NCBI GenBank assembly: GCA_902551185.1
Contig: CACDCN010000001.1
Span: forward strand, 3,049 to 67,048
Direction of reading: 5' to 3'
Length of the DNA stretch: 64,000 bases
Source of the DNA: an uncultured SAR86 cluster bacterium
GTDB lineage: Bacteria; Pseudomonadota; Gammaproteobacteria; Magnimaribacterales; D2472
Below are positions 29,636 to 39,687 of this stretch, one piece after another. The notes under the pieces were generated by a model, which made no database searches, was not told where the DNA came from, and worked only from the letters and a program-made list of their open reading frames with translations. Each line of letters begins with the position of its first letter. Position 1 is the first letter of the stretch. The translations under genes and the position numbers were made by a program.

Positions 29636-30616
29636 ATGAAAGCAGTATGGTATACAAAAACTGGAAGAGCAGCAGATGTTCTTCAGGTTGGAGAGTTAGA
29701 TAATCCTATGCCAGTTGCAGGAGAGGTATTAGTCAAGATTAAAGCATCTGGTATAAATCCATCAGATGTGAAAACGCGAGCTGGGGCAAGGGGCGAACTT
29801 CAATTTCCAAAAATAATACCGCATTCTGACGGTAGTGGAGAAATTATAGACGTTGGTGAGGGAGTTAATAAAAATAGAATTGGTGAAAGAGTATGGATAT
29901 GGAACGGAGCATTTGGAAGGGCTGATGGTACATGCGCAGAATTAATTGCATTGCCTGAACTTCAAGCAGTAAAGATAAATAATGAAGTTTCATATAATTC
30001 GGCTGCATGTATGGGCATACCAGCATCTACTGCTTATTACGGAGTATTGGCAAATGGATCTGTTAAAAACAAAACATTATTAATTTCTGGTGGTGCTGGC
30101 GCTGTAGGTTTTTATGGAATCCAAATAGCTAAATTATCTGGCGCCAATGTAATCACTACCATAAGTAATGATGAGAAAGCCAAAATAGCAAATAATGCTG
30201 GAGCAGACAAAATTATTAATTATAAAAGTGAAAATGTTTTCGAAGAGATAATGGAATATACCAATAATAATGGTGTTGATAGAATTTTTGAGGTTGAGTT
30301 TGGGGGGAACTTACCACTTAATGAAAAAATTATAAAACCTAATGGTGTAATTGCTGCATATGGGTCAATGGCAAAAATGGAACCAAAATTACCCTTTTAT
30401 AATTTAATGTTTAAGGGAGTAAAAATAGATACTTTTCTTATATATACGATTGAAAATAAATTCAGAGAAGAAATATCAACTCGGCTTTCAGAATTGCTAA
30501 ATCAAAACTCTTTAAAACATATGATCTCTAAAACCTATTCGATTGATAAAACTATCGATGCTCATGAAGCTATGGAAAGTGGGTCTATTATTGGAAATAT
30601 AGTGATAGAAATTTAA
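29636..30616 (+). CDS. medium-chain (zinc-type) alcohol dehydrogenase / quinone oxidoreductase family protein
   Basis: 326 aa with a GINPSD GroES-like region and a GGAGAVG nucleotide-binding motif. Confidence 0.85.
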   Translation: MKAVWYTKTGRAADVLQVGELDNPMPVAGEVLVKIKASGINPSDVKTRAGARGELQFPKIIPHSDGSGEIIDVGEGVNKNRIGERVWIWNGAFGRADGTCAELIALPELQAVKINNEVSYNSAACMGIPASTAYYGVLANGSVKNKTLLISGGAGAVGFYGIQIAKLSGANVITTISNDEKAKIANNAGADKIINYKSENVFEEIMEYTNNNGVDRIFEVEFGGNLPLNEKIIKPNGVIAAYGSMAKMEPKLPFYNLMFKGVKIDTFLIYTIENKFREEISTRLSELLNQNSLKHMISKTYSIDKTIDAHEAMESGSIIGNIVIEI

Positions 30617-30635
30617 TGAGGTTTTCTAAATAAAT

Positions 30636-31004
30636 ATGCTTATCTTATTATCATCTTTATATTTCATTTACGGTTTCATCCTTTTTTACACATATTTAAA
30701 AGGTTATAGCCTTTTAAGATACTTACTAAAAAGAAAAAATATAAATGCCCTTTTGTCTATAGAATTTATATTTATCATACTTTCTTCTTTAATTGTATTT
30801 ACAAGCCAACCACTAAACTGGATTGTTGCTCTGGTAATGTTCTCACATTTAGTTGGAGTAGTTTGGATAATTACCAACCCTGATGGTTATTATAGAATGG
30901 CTGAAGAAAGTCAGATTGATATCGATTCACTTGAAACAGCTTCAGCAATGATAGTTTTTGCTTATGGAATCTTTGTTTACTTTTCTTATACCTTTTTAGG
31001 CTAA
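30636..31004 (+). CDS. hypothetical membrane protein (about 4 TM)
   Basis: 122-aa hydrophobic ORF at the end of a co-directional gene string. No family recognised. Confidence 0.45.
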   Translation: MLILLSSLYFIYGFILFYTYLKGYSLLRYLLKRKNINALLSIEFIFIILSSLIVFTSQPLNWIVALVMFSHLVGVVWIITNPDGYYRMAEESQIDIDSLETASAMIVFAYGIFVYFSYTFLG

Positions 31005-31005
31005 T

Positions 31006-31881
31006 TTATATTAAATCTTTTATTCTTTTTAATAAACTTGAGGTATCTAGTCTACCGCCGCCTGCTTTTTGAATATCTTTATAATAATTATTTACAACCT
31101 TTGTTATATCTATAGAGATATTATTTTTTTCAGCTTTTTTTAGAATAATATCAAGGTCTTTTCTCATCAAATCTACTGCAAATCCATGATCATATTCACC
31201 ATTTATCATAGTCTCCCATCTATTTTCCATCTGCCAAGATTGAGCGGCACCTTTTGAGATGACTTCAATAACATCCTTCGTATTTAGTCCAACTTCATCT
31301 GAGAAATTAATACCTTCTGCAAGAGCCTGAATTAAGCCTGCTATACAAATTTGATTTACCATTTTTGTTAGTTGGCCTGAGCCACTCTCACCCATATATT
31401 TTATGAACTTTGAATAAGTACCTATAATTTCTTTGACATCTTCATATGATTCCTTATTTCCACCAACCATCACTGACAATATGCCCGATTCTGCCCCCGC
31501 TTGACCCCCTGATACTGGAGCATCTAAAAAGCTTACTTCCTTTAAATGTAAAGATTTATTTAGCTCAATTGGTAATTCAGCTGAGGTTGTAGTGTGATCA
31601 ACTAATATCGTTCCAGGTTTTAAATAATTAATAATGCCGTCATCTCCATTGATGATATTCTTAACATCAATATCGTTCCCAACGCACAAAAATATTACTT
31701 CTGAAGATTCTGCTAATTCAGAAAGTGATTCGCATAAGGTACCATTATATTTTTTAATCCAATCTTGAGATTTTCTTAGAGTTCTATTAAAGACTGTTAA
31801 TTTATAACCATTGGTTGCGAGATGCCCAGCCATGGGGAACCCCATAATTCCTAAACCAATAAAACCTAGGGCCTTTTGCAT
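31006..31881 (-). CDS. NAD(P)-dependent 3-hydroxyisobutyrate/6-phosphogluconate dehydrogenase-like oxidoreductase
   Basis: 291 aa with GFIGLGIMGFPMAGHL and DAPVSGG motifs. Confidence 0.85.
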   Translation of the reverse strand: MQKALGFIGLGIMGFPMAGHLATNGYKLTVFNRTLRKSQDWIKKYNGTLCESLSELAESSEVIFLCVGNDIDVKNIINGDDGIINYLKPGTILVDHTTTSAELPIELNKSLHLKEVSFLDAPVSGGQAGAESGILSVMVGGNKESYEDVKEIIGTYSKFIKYMGESGSGQLTKMVNQICIAGLIQALAEGINFSDEVGLNTKDVIEVISKGAAQSWQMENRWETMINGEYDHGFAVDLMRKDLDIILKKAEKNNISIDITKVVNNYYKDIQKAGGGRLDTSSLLKRIKDLI

Positions 31882-31891
31882 ATAATAAGAT

Positions 31892-32863
31892 TTATTTTAT
31901 CTTTGATTTAAATTCCTCAAAAGCTAGTTCATACTCTGATTTTAATCTACCAACAAGCTCTTCAACTGATGGCGAGTCTTCAATTAATCCAATTCCTTGG
32001 CCTGAGCCCCAAATATCTTTCCAAGCCTTGGAGTCAGTATTTCCACCAGAGCCAAAATTCATTGATGTTTTGTCTGCATCAGGCAAATTATCAGGATCAA
32101 GACCGGCATTTGAAATTGAAGGCTTTAAATAATTTCCTAAGACCCCTGTAAATAATGAAGAATATACTATGTCTGCTGCTGCGCTTTCTTCAAGCATCTT
32201 TTTGTATTCTGGTTCTGCGTTAGCTTCATGAGTTGCAATAAATCTAGTGCCTATATAAGCAAAATCTGCACCAAGTGCAATTGCTGAAGCAACAGAATGA
32301 CCATCTCCAATTGAACCAGACAAAATAACAGTACCATCAAACCATTCTTTTACCTCCCTTAAAAGAGCAAAAGGAGATAAGGTGCCTGCATGCCCTCCGG
32401 CTCCTGCACAAACTAATATTAATCCATCCACTCCTTGTTCTGCAGCTTTTTGTGCATGCCTAACACTAATAACATCATGATAAACAAGCCCCCCATAACT
32501 ATGAGCAGCCTCTACAACTTCTGAAGGTGGTCTCAAAGAAGTAATAATGATAGGAACCTCATGTTTCACACAGGTTTCCATGTCAGCCATTAATCTATCA
32601 TTAGAACCATGACATATTTGATTTACTGCAAACGGAGCTACCTTTGCATCAGGATTTGCCTCTTTATATTCAGCAAGCTCAGTTTTAATTCTTGTTAGCC
32701 ACTCATCTAAAACATGTTGAGGCCTTGCATTTAAAGCTGGAAAAGAACCAATAATACCCGCCTTACATTGAGCTATTACTAAATCTGGCCCGGAAACCAA
32801 AAACAGTGGTGCTCCTATTACAGGCATAGAAATATTCTCTTTTATATGTTTGTGTATAGCCAC
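31892..32863 (-). CDS. nitronate monooxygenase (NMO / 2-nitropropane dioxygenase family)
   Basis: 323 aa FMN TIM-barrel with VIGAPLF, AGAGGHAG and IGTRF motifs. Confidence 0.85.
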   Translation of the reverse strand: MAIHKHIKENISMPVIGAPLFLVSGPDLVIAQCKAGIIGSFPALNARPQHVLDEWLTRIKTELAEYKEANPDAKVAPFAVNQICHGSNDRLMADMETCVKHEVPIIITSLRPPSEVVEAAHSYGGLVYHDVISVRHAQKAAEQGVDGLILVCAGAGGHAGTLSPFALLREVKEWFDGTVILSGSIGDGHSVASAIALGADFAYIGTRFIATHEANAEPEYKKMLEESAAADIVYSSLFTGVLGNYLKPSISNAGLDPDNLPDADKTSMNFGSGGNTDSKAWKDIWGSGQGIGLIEDSPSVEELVGRLKSEYELAFEEFKSKIK

Positions 32864-32887
32864 TTGCTACTCCTTATATTTTAAATT

Positions 32888-34204
32888 CTAATTATATTGT
32901 TTTGGATAATCATCTACTAGATATACAAATGCTTTTACTCCTTTATCTAATGCCGAATCATCAACATAGAAATAAGGAGAATGATTCCCTGCAGCCCCTG
33001 TTCTTTCACCAAAATTTTTTGATTCAAGGCCAATGCCTGGCTTGTTAACTCCTAGCCAAAAATACATCCCAGGAATCTCTTGAGAAAAATATGAAAAATC
33101 CTCAGCACCGGTCACAGGAATGTTAGATTCATAGAACCTTCCTGGTGATGCTTCCATTAAAGAAGGTTTCATAGCCTCAACAAGTTTTATATTGTTATAT
33201 GTAACTGGAAAAAATCCGCCAACATCAAATTCGACCGTGATGTCAGTTCCTGTTCCTGTTGCAACTCCTCTAGCAATTTGTTCAATTTCCTCATATATTT
33301 CTTTCCTTAAATCTGGATCAAATGTTCTAATAGTTCCCATTATTAAAGAATCTTCTGGAATAATATTACCTCTAGTTCCAGACTCAACCATTCCTACAGA
33401 TACTACAGCTGGATTATTAATAATATTTATTCTCCTGCTGACAACTGTGTTTAATGATTCAATTAATTCAGCTGTTGCCATAATTGGGTCAATGCCTGCC
33501 CAAGGAGTTGAGCCATGAGTCTGAACGCCTTTAATTTTTATCCTATAAGTTGAAGCTGCAGCCATTGCTGGGCCTGATTTAACAGATAAAACACCATTTG
33601 GAATATTTGTTACATGAAGTCCAAAAATTACTTCCGGTTTATATTTATCAAAAATGCCTTCAGCTAACATCATTTTTGCGCCACCACCTTCATCTTCTGG
33701 AGGGCCTTCTTCTGCAGGCTGAAATATCAACATGATATTACCTCTTATCTTTGACTTATTTTTAGCTAAGAATTCGGCTACTCCCATCAATATTGCAACA
33801 TGAGCATCATGACCACATGCATGCATTACTCCAACATCATTACCTAGATAAGTTGTTCTTACTTTTGAAGCAAAAGGTAGTCCTGTTTTTTCTTCAATCG
33901 GGAGCGCATCCATGTCAGCTCTTAAGGCAATTGTTGGGCCCGGCATTCCACCTTTGATTAGCCCTACGACACCTGTGTAAGCGATTTTAGTTTCAACTTG
34001 AATTCCAAGTGAAACAAGATGATCTTCAATTTTTTTTGAAGTTCTAAACTCTCTGTTTCCTAGCTCTGGGTATTGATGAATGTCATGTCGCCACTCTATA
34101 ACTTTTTCCATTAAAGAATCTATTTCTTTATCTAATGAATTTTTTAAATCTGCATTTAATGTAAAAGCAAAAATTAAAGTTATAAATAAAACTGTCTTTC
34201 TCAT
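32888..34204 (-). CDS. secreted M20-family amidohydrolase (aminoacylase/hippurate-hydrolase-like)
   Basis: 438 aa with a signal peptide. Contains ALRADMDALP, MHACGHDAH and QPAEE motifs. Confidence 0.85.
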   Translation of the reverse strand: MRKTVLFITLIFAFTLNADLKNSLDKEIDSLMEKVIEWRHDIHQYPELGNREFRTSKKIEDHLVSLGIQVETKIAYTGVVGLIKGGMPGPTIALRADMDALPIEEKTGLPFASKVRTTYLGNDVGVMHACGHDAHVAILMGVAEFLAKNKSKIRGNIMLIFQPAEEGPPEDEGGGAKMMLAEGIFDKYKPEVIFGLHVTNIPNGVLSVKSGPAMAAASTYRIKIKGVQTHGSTPWAGIDPIMATAELIESLNTVVSRRINIINNPAVVSVGMVESGTRGNIIPEDSLIMGTIRTFDPDLRKEIYEEIEQIARGVATGTGTDITVEFDVGGFFPVTYNNIKLVEAMKPSLMEASPGRFYESNIPVTGAEDFSYFSQEIPGMYFWLGVNKPGIGLESKNFGERTGAAGNHSPYFYVDDSALDKGVKAFVYLVDDYPKQYN

Positions 34205-34210
34205 TTTTAT

Positions 34211-34402
34211 TTATATATTACAACTCATATCTTTGCCACAACAAAGCGGTGATTTGATTTTTCCACATCCTTCAGGACACTCTGCTATTTGAACGCTAGA
34301 GCCATCTTCAAGCTCTAAAGATCCATTTACCAAATCTGTATTACAATTTCCGCAGCTAGTATTAACTGACATGCCACAAGAATTACATTCATATTTAGCC
34401 AT
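34211..34402 (-). CDS. small cysteine-rich metal-binding protein (63 aa) with desulforedoxin-like YxCxxCG ... CCGxDM motifs
   Basis: Start at MAKYECNSCG (34402) with the RBS GGGAGA, 2 nt after the upstream stop. Nine Cys are arranged C6xxC9, C17xxC20, C42xxxC46, C54C55 and C61. Confidence 0.6.
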   Translation of the reverse strand: MAKYECNSCGMSVNTSCGNCNTDLVNGSLELEDGSSVQIAECPEGCGKIKSPLCCGKDMSCNI

Positions 34403-34404
34403 TT

Positions 34405-35280
34405 TTAATCTCCCATTGCTTCTAAAATATCTAGCAATAGATTTATGATATCTAAATATAAAATAAATGCCATTCTCATGGCTGTTCCCCAATCATTTGA
34501 GCCTAATTCTTGCATTCTTATAAGGTTAAAATCATAAAGTAAAAATAATGAGAATAGCAATGATCCAAAAATTGCAGCTGCTCTTATTGTATTTCGACTA
34601 AAATCTTTAACAAAACGTGCAAAATGAAAAACTATTAAGCCAAATAAAGATAAGCAAAGCGTTGCCCCAAAAATGTCATTTTGAGAAAAAGAATAAAAAT
34701 CGCCATATCCTATAAAACCAGTAAGAAGTGTTACAAAAAATACAATTTTTAAAGCTGTAAATCCATCATTTTCATCCATTTCTAGCATTATGATAGCCAA
34801 TAAGGGGCCAAAACTTGCGCTACATAAAGTAAATATCGTCATTCCAATCCATATATTTGAGCTAAAAAAATTTACTAACACTAAAGTGATCCATAAAGCG
34901 ATCATGTTGAAAAAGAATAAGCTAACAACCTTCCAAGCGCCTTCTGTTTCATGGGAATAGCCCTCTTTAAGAAATTTAATTACTTCGTCTTGATCTTTTA
35001 CTTCTTTAATAAGATTTGGGTTATTTTTTTCATACAATACCATTTTCTTTGGGAAGGTATCTTTTGGTTTTAGATATGGAATAAGGTCTAACTTTCCTTT
35101 TAAATTAACTGAGCCTTTAAAAGAAATTCCAAAAAAAGTTGTATTATTTTCATATGCTTCTTTTGCTTTGAAGAGGAAATAAGAACATGTTGCTAAAATT
35201 ACAATTATCTGGCCAGATAAGATAAATAAAGTCTTAAAAAGTAATGTTGTTTCTATAAACATTTGCAAACAATACCACAA
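34405..35280 (-). CDS. Bax-inhibitor-1/YccA family membrane protein with an extra N-terminal TM helix and a soluble insert
   Basis: The C-terminal LYLDIINLLLDILEAMG matches the BI-1 signature, and 6 TM helices form the core. The first ~110 residues are absent from typical members. The start is uncertain (M1 or M6). Confidence 0.68.
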   Translation of the reverse strand: MWYCLQMFIETTLLFKTLFILSGQIIVILATCSYFLFKAKEAYENNTTFFGISFKGSVNLKGKLDLIPYLKPKDTFPKKMVLYEKNNPNLIKEVKDQDEVIKFLKEGYSHETEGAWKVVSLFFFNMIALWITLVLVNFFSSNIWIGMTIFTLCSASFGPLLAIIMLEMDENDGFTALKIVFFVTLLTGFIGYGDFYSFSQNDIFGATLCLSLFGLIVFHFARFVKDFSRNTIRAAAIFGSLLFSLFLLYDFNLIRMQELGSNDWGTAMRMAFILYLDIINLLLDILEAMGD

Positions 35281-35301
35281 TATGTGTTTTTTTAATTTAT
35301 A

Positions 35302-35805
35302 TTATTTCTTAAAATAAGCTACTGAACCTGTTCCTGAATCATAATTTCCTATCTCCTTAAAACCAAAGTTAATATGAAAATCGATTGAAACTTTATTTAA
35401 TGGCTTGGTATTAACTTCGCAACATAATGGTATGTTCTTTTCCATTGCTATTGATTCTATATATTGATATAAATTTAATCCTATTCCTTTTCGTCTAAAA
35501 GTATCTTTTATTACAACTCTATCAATATATAAAAATTTGGTTTCATTTTTTGAGAAAAATTTATAATTTAATGAACTATATGACGACCCCTCTCTAAAGC
35601 AGACAATAAAGCCAATAATTTCATTATCCAATAAAACAAAAAAGTTTTTTGATGCTACGGTTAATAAATACTTAAGGTGCTCTATTGAATCTAGGCTTCC
35701 TACTTCAGGTGTATTTAATTGATTTAGATCAAAAATAGAATTTAAAAAGTCATCTTCTGGTTCTTTAGGAAATTCTACTATGTTGAATTTAAGATCCGAT
35801 TTCAC
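35302..35805 (-). CDS. GNAT-family N-acetyltransferase
   Basis: 167 aa with an acetyl-CoA binding motif RRKGIGLNLY. Confidence 0.8.
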   Translation of the reverse strand: MKSDLKFNIVEFPKEPEDDFLNSIFDLNQLNTPEVGSLDSIEHLKYLLTVASKNFFVLLDNEIIGFIVCFREGSSYSSLNYKFFSKNETKFLYIDRVVIKDTFRRKGIGLNLYQYIESIAMEKNIPLCCEVNTKPLNKVSIDFHINFGFKEIGNYDSGTGSVAYFKK

Positions 35806-35814
35806 AAATTAGAA

Positions 35815-36507
35815 TTATTTTCCTAGCTGAGCTTCTTTGATGGCATCATTTATTTTTTTCATGGGCTCTGCAATTAACAGCTCTTTTGTTATGGAGTAGC
35901 TCGGGTGGCCCATGGTAGAAAGATATGTAGCCTTCTCCATGGCTGCATCAGCTAAAGAATCCTCATCAACAATATCATCAATAATTCCTGCCTCTTGAGC
36001 GCCTTCCATGCTAAACATTTCAGCACCTAAAATTGATCTATATTTATATGCCTGGCTAACCCTAAACTTTATAAGTTCTAATATTGGAATTGGTATTACC
36101 ATATTAGTTATCATCTCGTTGGCGCCAATCTTATATTCACCTTTAACTCCAATTCTATAATCACAACAACAAAGCAAAAAAGTTCCGAGCGCAATTCCAT
36201 GCCCTGAGCACGCAGCTATAACAGGCCTTGGAAAAGAAAAAAGTCTTGCTAATAATAAAAATGCTTTCTCAGACATATCTTTAATTAATTCCATGTCTCC
36301 TGACTGAATTGTTTTCAAATCTAACCCGCCTGAAAATATCCCTTGCCTACCAGAAATAATTAAAGCGCCTTCTTCGGTTGGAACTTCATCTAAGCAATCA
36401 TTTACTTGAGAGCTCATTTCGGCTGAAAAGACATTTGCCTTTCCATCATCTAGGGTAATGATCGATATATTTCCATCTTTTTTTAGAGTAGCTATTTTTT
36501 CTGACAT
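35815..36507 (-). CDS. enoyl-CoA hydratase/isomerase (crotonase) family protein
   Basis: 230 aa with FSGGLDL and the oxyanion-hole region ACSGHGIALG. Confidence 0.83.
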   Translation of the reverse strand: MSEKIATLKKDGNISIITLDDGKANVFSAEMSSQVNDCLDEVPTEEGALIISGRQGIFSGGLDLKTIQSGDMELIKDMSEKAFLLLARLFSFPRPVIAACSGHGIALGTFLLCCCDYRIGVKGEYKIGANEMITNMVIPIPILELIKFRVSQAYKYRSILGAEMFSMEGAQEAGIIDDIVDEDSLADAAMEKATYLSTMGHPSYSITKELLIAEPMKKINDAIKEAQLGK

Positions 36508-36541
36508 AATATAAATAATTGTTTAGATAGGAAATTTTATC

Positions 36542-38368
36542 ATGATAAAAAAAATACTTAAGTACTCATTAAGATTTTTAGCAATTGTTATTGGTGTTAT
36601 ATCTTTATATTTAGTCAATCTATTTTTAATGAAGCCCGTCTCAATAGATCACTACTTGGGAAAAGAATTAATTTTAGGTCTTGTGGATTCACCTGAGGCA
36701 TTAACTTATATAGGAATATTTGATAGATATAATTGGATAACAAAACACAATTCTAGGCTTTCTATTCCAGAAGAGGATGATTTAGAAAATGATATTAAGG
36801 AAATAGAAAAAGGAATTAAAACTCTTTATAAATATAAAGATTCGGGCTTGTCAGATATCCAGAGAAATACTAAAGAAATTGCTATATTTGATTGGGAAAA
36901 CAATCTAGAGGAACTTAAAAAGTACCCCTACCATGACTATCCGCTAAATCAAATCGGTGGAACACATCTTAATACAATAGAGTTTATGAATAGCATGCAT
37001 CCTATTAGAAAATATTCTGAAGCAAAAGATTTTATTAGTAGAGTTGATTTAATTAAAGATGTTTATGAAGGGACATTAAAAGATCTTGAGAAACAAGCAG
37101 CTATAGGCATCTTCCCTCCAGAATTTGTATTTGATCATGTAATAACTCAACTTAATGAATTTATTAATTATCCGTATTCTGAACATCCTTTATACACTGA
37201 GTTTATGAAGAAAGTTAAAGAATTAGATTTAAGTGTTGAAGAAGAAAGTTATCTTGACAGTGAAATTAAAAGAGCAATAGATGAAAGTGTGACCCCAGGC
37301 TTTAGGCTTCTCAATGAATTTATGCTTAAGACGCAAAAATATGCGAACAAAAATCATGGTATATGGTCCCAACCAGATGGCGATGAATACTACAAACTTC
37401 GAATTAGATCTTACACCACTACAGATTATTCACCTGAAAAAATACATCAGATGGGTCTAAGTGAGGTAGCTAGAATCTCGAAAAGGATGAGAGATATTTT
37501 AACAACATTGGGTTATGACGAAAACAAAACAACTGGTGAGCTTATGAATGAGCTTAATGAAAATCCTGATTTTCTATATGCCGATACATCTGATAGAAAA
37601 GAAATAGTTGTTAATGATTATATGGAAATGGTCAATGAAGCTATAGAAGTTATGACTGATTACTTTCATACGATGCCAAAATCAGAGGTTGTGGTCAAAG
37701 CTGTTCCAGAATATTCTGAAGCCACTCAAGCTGGAGGATATTATCAAGCGCCCGCACTTGATGGAAGTAGACCGGGAGTTTTCTATGCAAATCTTTATGA
37801 TATAAAACAAACGCCAACTTATAGTATGAGAACCTTGGCATATCATGAAGCAACCCCAGGCCATCACCATCAAATAGCACATTCGTTAGAAAATGAAGAT
37901 CTGACTTTATACAGAAGATTTGGTTATGGTACATCTGCTTTTTCAGAAGGGTGGGCTTTATATGCTGAAAGACTGGCGCTTGAAGTTGGCCTGGCTGAAA
38001 ATCCTTATGATGAGCTTGGCATTCTCCAAAGTGAACTATTTAGATCTGTTAGATTAGTGGTGGATACTGGGATGCACTATAAAAGATGGACTCGAGAAGA
38101 AGCAATGGATTATATGAAATCAATTACGGGGATGTCAGATACTGAGGTCAGAGTTGAAATCGAAAGATATATTGTTTGGCCAGGACAAGCATTAAGTTAT
38201 AAAGTTGGGATGATAAAGATGTTAGAACTTAGAGAAAAAGCAAAGCAGGAATTAGGTGATCAATTTAACATTAAAGATTTTCATTCTGCTGTCTTAGATC
38301 ATGGAAATCCACCATTATTTATCGTTGAAAAAATGATAGATAAAATGATAAGTGATGCTAAGAGTTAA
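36542..38368 (+). CDS. DUF885-family protein (putative metallopeptidase fold)
   Basis: 608 aa with an N-terminal TM/signal anchor. The HEATPGHHHQ motif is characteristic of DUF885. Confidence 0.83.
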   Translation: MIKKILKYSLRFLAIVIGVISLYLVNLFLMKPVSIDHYLGKELILGLVDSPEALTYIGIFDRYNWITKHNSRLSIPEEDDLENDIKEIEKGIKTLYKYKDSGLSDIQRNTKEIAIFDWENNLEELKKYPYHDYPLNQIGGTHLNTIEFMNSMHPIRKYSEAKDFISRVDLIKDVYEGTLKDLEKQAAIGIFPPEFVFDHVITQLNEFINYPYSEHPLYTEFMKKVKELDLSVEEESYLDSEIKRAIDESVTPGFRLLNEFMLKTQKYANKNHGIWSQPDGDEYYKLRIRSYTTTDYSPEKIHQMGLSEVARISKRMRDILTTLGYDENKTTGELMNELNENPDFLYADTSDRKEIVVNDYMEMVNEAIEVMTDYFHTMPKSEVVVKAVPEYSEATQAGGYYQAPALDGSRPGVFYANLYDIKQTPTYSMRTLAYHEATPGHHHQIAHSLENEDLTLYRRFGYGTSAFSEGWALYAERLALEVGLAENPYDELGILQSELFRSVRLVVDTGMHYKRWTREEAMDYMKSITGMSDTEVRVEIERYIVWPGQALSYKVGMIKMLELREKAKQELGDQFNIKDFHSAVLDHGNPPLFIVEKMIDKMISDAKS

Positions 38369-38970
38369 AAGTTTTCAGGGTGTCTTGGTGTAAAAGAACG
38401 GAAATAATCTTTTAAGTCTTTTAAGTCCTTCTCTCTCTTACCGCTTAGCCTAAAGAATTCTCCAAGTAATATTTCTTTCTTTGCAAAATCTAAAGAAACT
38501 GGAATAATTTTTGCATTTATTTCTTCTGCTATCCTTAGGAATCCTGTTTTCCATTCTGCAACCTTTGATCGGGTTCCTTCTGGAGCCATTCCAATTAATG
38601 AGATCTCTATATTCTTAATTTTTTTAATTGCGTCTCCTATTGCTCCGCCTGGGTTTGCTCTATTTACAGGAATACCGCCCATATACTTTAAAAAAGCCCC
38701 TAAACCAAAATATCTAAATATTGTATGCTTTCCAAAAAAAGAAATTTTTGCATCTAGTCCTGCTAAAGCCGCCATTCCAAGAATGCCATCCCAGTTTGAT
38801 GTATGTGGGGCCACAACTATAACTATCTTTTGATTCTTATGCTCTTCTTTAATTGAACCTGTTACTTTCCAACCCAATGATGATAGAACAAATCTCCCAA
38901 GCCATTGAACTGACTTAGGTCTATTTGCCCTAAAACTCTTTGCTACTTGTGAATTTGAAACGCTTGTCAT
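38365..38970 (-). CDS. 1-acyl-sn-glycerol-3-phosphate acyltransferase family protein
   Basis: 201 aa with the HX4D motif (APHTSNWDG) and PEGTRS. Confidence 0.8.
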   Translation of the reverse strand: MTSVSNSQVAKSFRANRPKSVQWLGRFVLSSLGWKVTGSIKEEHKNQKIVIVVAPHTSNWDGILGMAALAGLDAKISFFGKHTIFRYFGLGAFLKYMGGIPVNRANPGGAIGDAIKKIKNIEISLIGMAPEGTRSKVAEWKTGFLRIAEEINAKIIPVSLDFAKKEILLGEFFRLSGKREKDLKDLKDYFRSFTPRHPENF

Positions 38971-38980
38971 AATAATAATG

Positions 38981-39670
38981 TCATCTTGAATTCATTTTAT
39001 CTTTTATAAAATAAGGTAAATATATTAAGTAGCATACGATAACTGCAAGTAAATATATATCAATCATATGATATGGGGCTTCACGCATCCATTCTGTTAC
39101 GTTAAATCCTGGTGGTTTTTCAAACACATACCAGTAATTAGCAGGAGGTCCTAATAGATAATTTATCGGATACATCAGAAGCAGCAAAATTGATAGGAAT
39201 ATTAATATTCTATGGACATCTTTTAATTGAGGTCTTTGATCCTCAACAATCATTGCATATGTAACGCCCAATAAGATCATAGAGTGCCCTATCATGTGTC
39301 TTAAATAATCAATATGTGGGAATGAATATAGAACGTCTGGGGTTAATATAGCCATTCCAGCTCCAGATATGCCTGCAAAATAAGCAAATAAAAAGAACTC
39401 CTTTTTTTTTGTTATAAAATAAAGAATTATTGATGCAGAAGAAAAATCACAAAGATGCAGCGGCAAGCCTAGCCTCCAGTCATCCATAATACCTTCTCTA
39501 TAAAAATCCATACCTTGATTAATTAGAATTAATGAAATGATTGTCATTATTAAAACTTGTTTCGGAGCATCATTTTTATTAACAAAAAATCTAGGTAAAA
39601 AAACAATAATAAAAATACATAACAAGGTAATTAAGATATGAGATGGACTTGAAAGGTTAAAATCTATCAT
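38981..39670 (-). CDS. integral membrane protein (YwaF/TMEM164-like)
   Basis: 229 aa with 7 TM helices and an LPLHLCD motif resembling the TIGR02206-type family. The family call is from memory. Confidence 0.45.
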   Translation of the reverse strand: MIDFNLSSPSHILITLLCIFIIVFLPRFFVNKNDAPKQVLIMTIISLILINQGMDFYREGIMDDWRLGLPLHLCDFSSASIILYFITKKKEFFLFAYFAGISGAGMAILTPDVLYSFPHIDYLRHMIGHSMILLGVTYAMIVEDQRPQLKDVHRILIFLSILLLLMYPINYLLGPPANYWYVFEKPPGFNVTEWMREAPYHMIDIYLLAVIVCYLIYLPYFIKDKMNSR

Positions 39671-39687
39671 TGTTAAATAAAAAAAGT

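Noticed and set aside
34403-34492. Long (93-aa) version of the Cys-rich ORF, overlapping the BI-1 gene by 88 nt.
   Set aside because: The overlap region translates to an improbable basic/aromatic sequence. Met-31 sits 2 nt after the upstream stop and has the RBS GGGAGA.
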